From: Octopus bimaculoides
Lineage: Eukaryota
Assembly (NCBI RefSeq): GCF_001194135.2
Contig: NC_068996.1
Span: 29,759,697 to 29,799,575, forward strand
DNA length: 39,879 nt
Direction of reading: 5' to 3'
Shown piece after piece: positions 35,461 through 39,879 of the stretch. The notes beneath the pieces were generated by a model that saw nothing but the letters and a program-made list of their open reading frames with translations, had not been told where the DNA came from and ran no database searches. Made by a program: the position numbers and the translations under genes. Numbering within the stretch: the stretch's first letter is position 1; every line of letters starts with the position of its first letter.

Positions 35461-38400
35461 TTGAGGAAAGTAACTATGTATTTCATATAAGGCCCAGATG
35501 CCAGGAGATACAATAACCCTGCTAATAATGAAATTGCAGCTGTACTTGTAGGTGAAGATGGTGCACCTCCAGTTCATCGTGATGTAGTTATATATCCACG
35601 AGGTGAACAAAGATAACAAATATCGTATCTCTTGCAGCATTTACATCCTATGATTTATCCAATACTATTTCCCAATGGAGAACATGGTTGGCACATAAGT
35701 ATGAAACATGTGCAATAGAGGCAAACAAGAGTTCGCAATAAAGTCACATTACAACAATACTATTGCTACCATTTAGCAATAAGGGATGAATTTAGTCCCA
35801 TTCACAAATCAGGCAAGTTACCTCAGCGGTATATTGTTGATGCTTATATTAAAGTAGAAGGTTGTCGTCTGTATTATATCAGAGAGCATCAAAATGAATT
35901 AAGAGTAGCTTTATATTCAGTGCTCATGGACCACTTGGCAAGAAATGATTATGAGAGAGATTCTGGTGTCCCTGTTATTCTTCCCACTTCATTTACAGGG
36001 TGTCCAAGAAATATGCAGCAGTCATATCAAGATGCAATGGCTGTTGTTTGTAAATATGAGAAACCTGATTTATTTTTAACTTATACTTGCAACCCAAGAT
36101 GCCCTGATATTACAAGCAACTTGGGTCCCACAAAAACAGCTCAAAATAGGCCTGACTTAGTGTCACATGTGTATAAAGCCCATCTTAATGAATTGATGAC
36201 TGATATTAAAGACAGACATATTCTGGGGGTTCCTGTTGCTCACATTCATGTTATTGAATTCCAAAAATGTCACATGCTAATTATGTTATGAGAACAAGAT
36301 AAACCAAGGACATGGTAACAGCTGAAATCCCCAACAGAAACGAACCTCTTCTTCATGAATTAGTCACATCTCTGATGATTCACGGACCTTGTGGAACACA
36401 TAATCCTGGTTCTGTTTGTATAGTAAATGGACAATATCAAAAGAATTTTCCTAAAGAATTTCGTGAAGAAACTATAGAAAATGTAAATGGATATCCAGCC
36501 TACAAATAAAGAAATAATGAGGATTCAGTTTGTGTTGGAAATTACATTGCTGACAATATATTTGTAGTGCCTTTCAATAAGTACCTACTAAAGAAATACC
36601 AAGCTCATATTAAGTTGGAAATCTGTTCATCGATTAAAAGCATAAAATATATTTTTAAGTATGTTTATAAAGGACATGACTGTGCAATGATGGGATTTAT
36701 TTCAGTGCAACAAAATGGCAATAAAAGTGGAGAAATAAGACTGCATCAGCAGTGTGATGAAATAAAACAATTTTTATCCTGCAGATATGTTTCTGTCCCT
36801 GAAGCAATGTGGCACCTCTCCAACTATCCTATGCATAGTCAGTCTTATGCAGTGTGTTTGTTAAGTTGTACATCTTCCAGGGAAACAAAGAGTGTATTAT
36901 CAACAGGGAGAGCAACAAGGAGCAGTTGATAGAGCTCAAGAACGTGACACATTAAGTTCTTGGTTCAAATTAAACCAAAATGATATAAATGCATGCTCTT
37001 TCTTGTATTGTGAAATTCCTGAACACTACGTATTAAAAAAAAAAAAAACACATGTTGGACACACAGACAACGAGCATGCAGTATTGTCAGCAAAATGTAC
37101 TCTGTGAGTCCAAGAGGCAACTTCCTATGAGGAGTTAAAGACAGTAGGAGAAATTTTACCATTGTTTAAAGAAGCTTGCATCAGACTAAGATTATTGGAA
37201 GATGACGAAGAACTAATAAATACTTTCAGAGAGGCAGTAGCATTTAGAATGCCACGTCAGTTACTCAATTTGTTTGCCATGACTTGCTTATTTAACCATC
37301 CTCAAAATGCCCTTCAAATATGGAATAATTACAAAGAAAACATGATTCAGCATTTAGTTACAGAGCATGCTGCAACCACAGCTGAAAATTTGGCTTTACA
37401 TTCATTGAGTGGTGTAATCAGAGAACACGGAACCTCTTGCAGCACGTTTGGTTTGCCAGAACCCATTGGACAAACATTTACACAGAATAATGATGTGCCC
37501 ATTAAACCTGTTAATATAAATCATGAACAGATTCAAGTGCTACACACTGTAATGGAGGATGTTGCTGCAGTCGATAGAAGCCAACTAGAAAATGTAAATT
37601 ATTTCTATCTAGACATCCCCAGTTGTTCTGGAAAAACATATCTTTTCAATATGCTACTACATCATCTTACTGCAAACGGAATTACTGTAAGCATGGCAGC
37701 ATGAACAGGTATTGCTGCTACATTATTGACAAATGGCAAAACTATTCACACCATCTTTAAGTTACCAGTGCCATTTACAGAAAATAGTGATTGCAATGTA
37801 CCACCAGATTCAGAACATGCTATCGAACTTAGATGCATAAAAGTTTTTATAGTAGATGAAGCATCAATAATTCCCAGTTATGCTTCAAATGCCATAAATA
37901 GGTGCCTAAAAGACATAATGAGAAACGATGCAGTCTTTGGAGGAAAAATAATTCTACTTGGAGGCAATTTCAAACAAACTCTTCAAACAAACCTGTGCTC
38001 CTCCAGCAGCTATTATTGATGCATGCATTAAAAGATCACATTTATGGCATCATTTTCATCACCTCAGGTTAACTTAAAATATGAGAGCAGATGTTAATGA
38101 ACAAGAATTTTCTAAGTGGCTACTTTTACTTGGCAATGGTTTCCTAAATAGTATTCTCCAAGATGTTCCACTACATACTGTTGACGTACCTACTTCTTCC
38201 TGCTATCAAACATCAGTTGTTCCAGAAATTTTCAACAACTGCAAGCCAGAAGAAATGGAAAAACGAGTAATTTTATCTCTTAAAAATTCTGACTGTCTTG
38301 CAATAAATGGAAAAAGTTCGTAATATTATACCAGAGGCACTTAAAACATACTTAAGCACAAACTCAGTGTCCTNNNNNNNNNNNNNNNNNNNNNNNNNNN

Positions 38401-39114
38401 NNNNNNNNNNNNNNNNNNNNNNNNNNNNNNNNNNNNNNNNNNNNNNNNNNNNNNNNNNNNNNNNNNNNNNNNNNNNNNNNNNNNNNNNNNNNNNNNNNNN
38501 NNNNNNNNNNNNNNNNNNNNNNNNNNNNNNNNNNNNNNNNNNNNNNNNNNNNNNNNNNNNNNNNNNNNNNNTGCAATAATGAAGAGGAGGTTCAGAACTT
38601 CCCATTTGAATTCATAAACTCACTCACTCCATCCAGTATACCTCCTCATCGCCTCAACTTAAAGGTAGGGGCTATTGTAATGCTGCTAAGAAATCTTTCA
38701 ATCAGTCAAGGATTATGTAATGGAACTCGCATGAAAGTGAAAATACTTCATGAACATTGCATAGAGGCATCATTGGTAACAGGCTCCAACAGAAGTCGTA
38801 CAGTTCTAATTCCCAGAATTAAACTTAGCTCAAGTGATGCAAATATTCCATTCACATTAAACTGACTTCAGTTTCCACTTCGACTTGTATATTCAAAGAC
38901 AATTAATAAGGCTCAAGGGCAAACACTTGAAAAAGTTGGAATACAATTGCCTCAACAAGTATTTTCTCATGGTCAATTATATGTTGCCTTTTCAAGAGCA
39001 CAAGCTATGAACAATATCAAAGTAAGAGTTATGGCACTCAATTGGGATAACACACAAGGCCAAAAATGTGGTGTGACGTACACACAAAATATTGTCTACC
39101 ATGAAGTACTGTGA
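35461..39114 (+). pseudogene. Helitron Rep/PIF1-helicase pseudogene (family 2), 5'-truncated
   Basis: GPDARRYNNP..EIAA, PMIYPILFPNGEHGW, ILPTSFTGCPRNMQQSYQDAMA, KPDLFLTYTCNP, RPDLVSHV, VIEFQK, HGPCG, KYIFKYVYKGHD, degenerate Walker A IPSCSGKT, VDEAS, FGGKIILLGGNFKQ, TINKAQGQT, FSHGQLYVAFSR, QNIVYHEVL* (stop 39112-39114). Confidence 0.95.
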
Positions 39115-39276
39115 GGAAGGGTTAGGGTTAGGAAGACCACAGCACCATCATTACACATTAACATTACACCTTTAAGATCAGGGAACCAGGTAGGGGCCCA
39201 CTGGATCTCTCTTGGTATACCGGTATACCAGCAAACCACAAAATTGCACCAGCTAGCATCACCACTACCTCCAAGC

Positions 39277-39312
<36 letters not shown>

Positions 39313-39458
39313 ATTATATGTATTTATTTTCTCCTAATTAATAAATAACTGGGACAAAATAAATTGGTTAATAGATACCAGGGTAGCAAAGATCACAAAA
39401 TAACTGTGGTGTAACTCCTGTTTATGAGGTAGAAACTCCTTGATATTTTGGGTACTTG

Positions 39459-39592
39459 AGTATATATAAATTTAATGAATGGAGTAAAACGCATATGGAG
39501 TAAAACGCATATGGAGTAAAACGCATATGGAGTAAAACGTATGCAGTTAACATATGCGTTTTACTCCATTCATTAAATTTATATATATACTA
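39459..39592. repeat. Inverted repeat enclosing a 16-bp tandem array
   Basis: GAGTAAAACGCATATG x3 (39482-39529) plus a degenerate fourth copy; 39551-39592 is the reverse complement of 39459-39497. Confidence 0.95.
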
Positions 39593-39879
39593 GCAGTATA
39601 ACCCGACCTTGTCCGGGTGTGACTTATTATGCCATCTACGATAAATCTTGCTAGCTGAAAATCAACTAAAAAAGAAAGCCTTTCAACGAAAAAACCCTTA
39701 TGATGTAAATATGTTCATAATTCAAAAGACGATGAAATTAATAGGGAAAGTCTGAAGGCTGTTTTGCGTAAAATTATTAAGCATACGTAAATTTCATCAG
39801 TGTAATTGGCTATAGAAATGCTTGTGCAAAACAACTTTTTGCGCTGCCCTGATTATACATAGCAGGGTAATCCCTTTTC
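39590..39879 (-). mobile_element. Helitron 3' terminus, probably non-autonomous; extends beyond the window
   Basis: Minus strand reads acccggacaaggtcgggt (GC-rich imperfect hairpin), tatactg, then CTAG|T, the canonical Helitron 3' end; CpGs retained. Confidence 0.75.

Overview
AT-rich, microsatellite-dense eukaryotic non-genic DNA with six N gaps. From the SINE, RTE and Helitron content it is most likely an octopus or other coleoid cephalopod genome (inference; no search run). No host protein-coding exon, structural RNA gene or CRISPR array can be supported. Most of the window is decayed, nested transposons: a tRNA-derived SINE; a compact Ty3/Gypsy LTR element (3095-7290) inserted into a Penelope-like element; a second Penelope-like element; about eight RTE-type LINE fragments, two of them young and near-identical; Tc1/mariner remnants; a hAT MITE with an 8-bp TSD; and a Helitron cluster at 32.5-39.9 kb (near-complete Rep/PIF1 pseudogene, a second divergent PIF1 fragment, and a Helitron 3' end). 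Most worth a second look: an RTE C-terminus with three tandem C2H2 zinc fingers, a PHD-like finger inside an RT, a possible self-priming Gypsy PBS, and a series of near-perfect fold-back palindromes, one apparently created by template switching. I see no evidence for an intact new system. All alignments and translations were done by eye.
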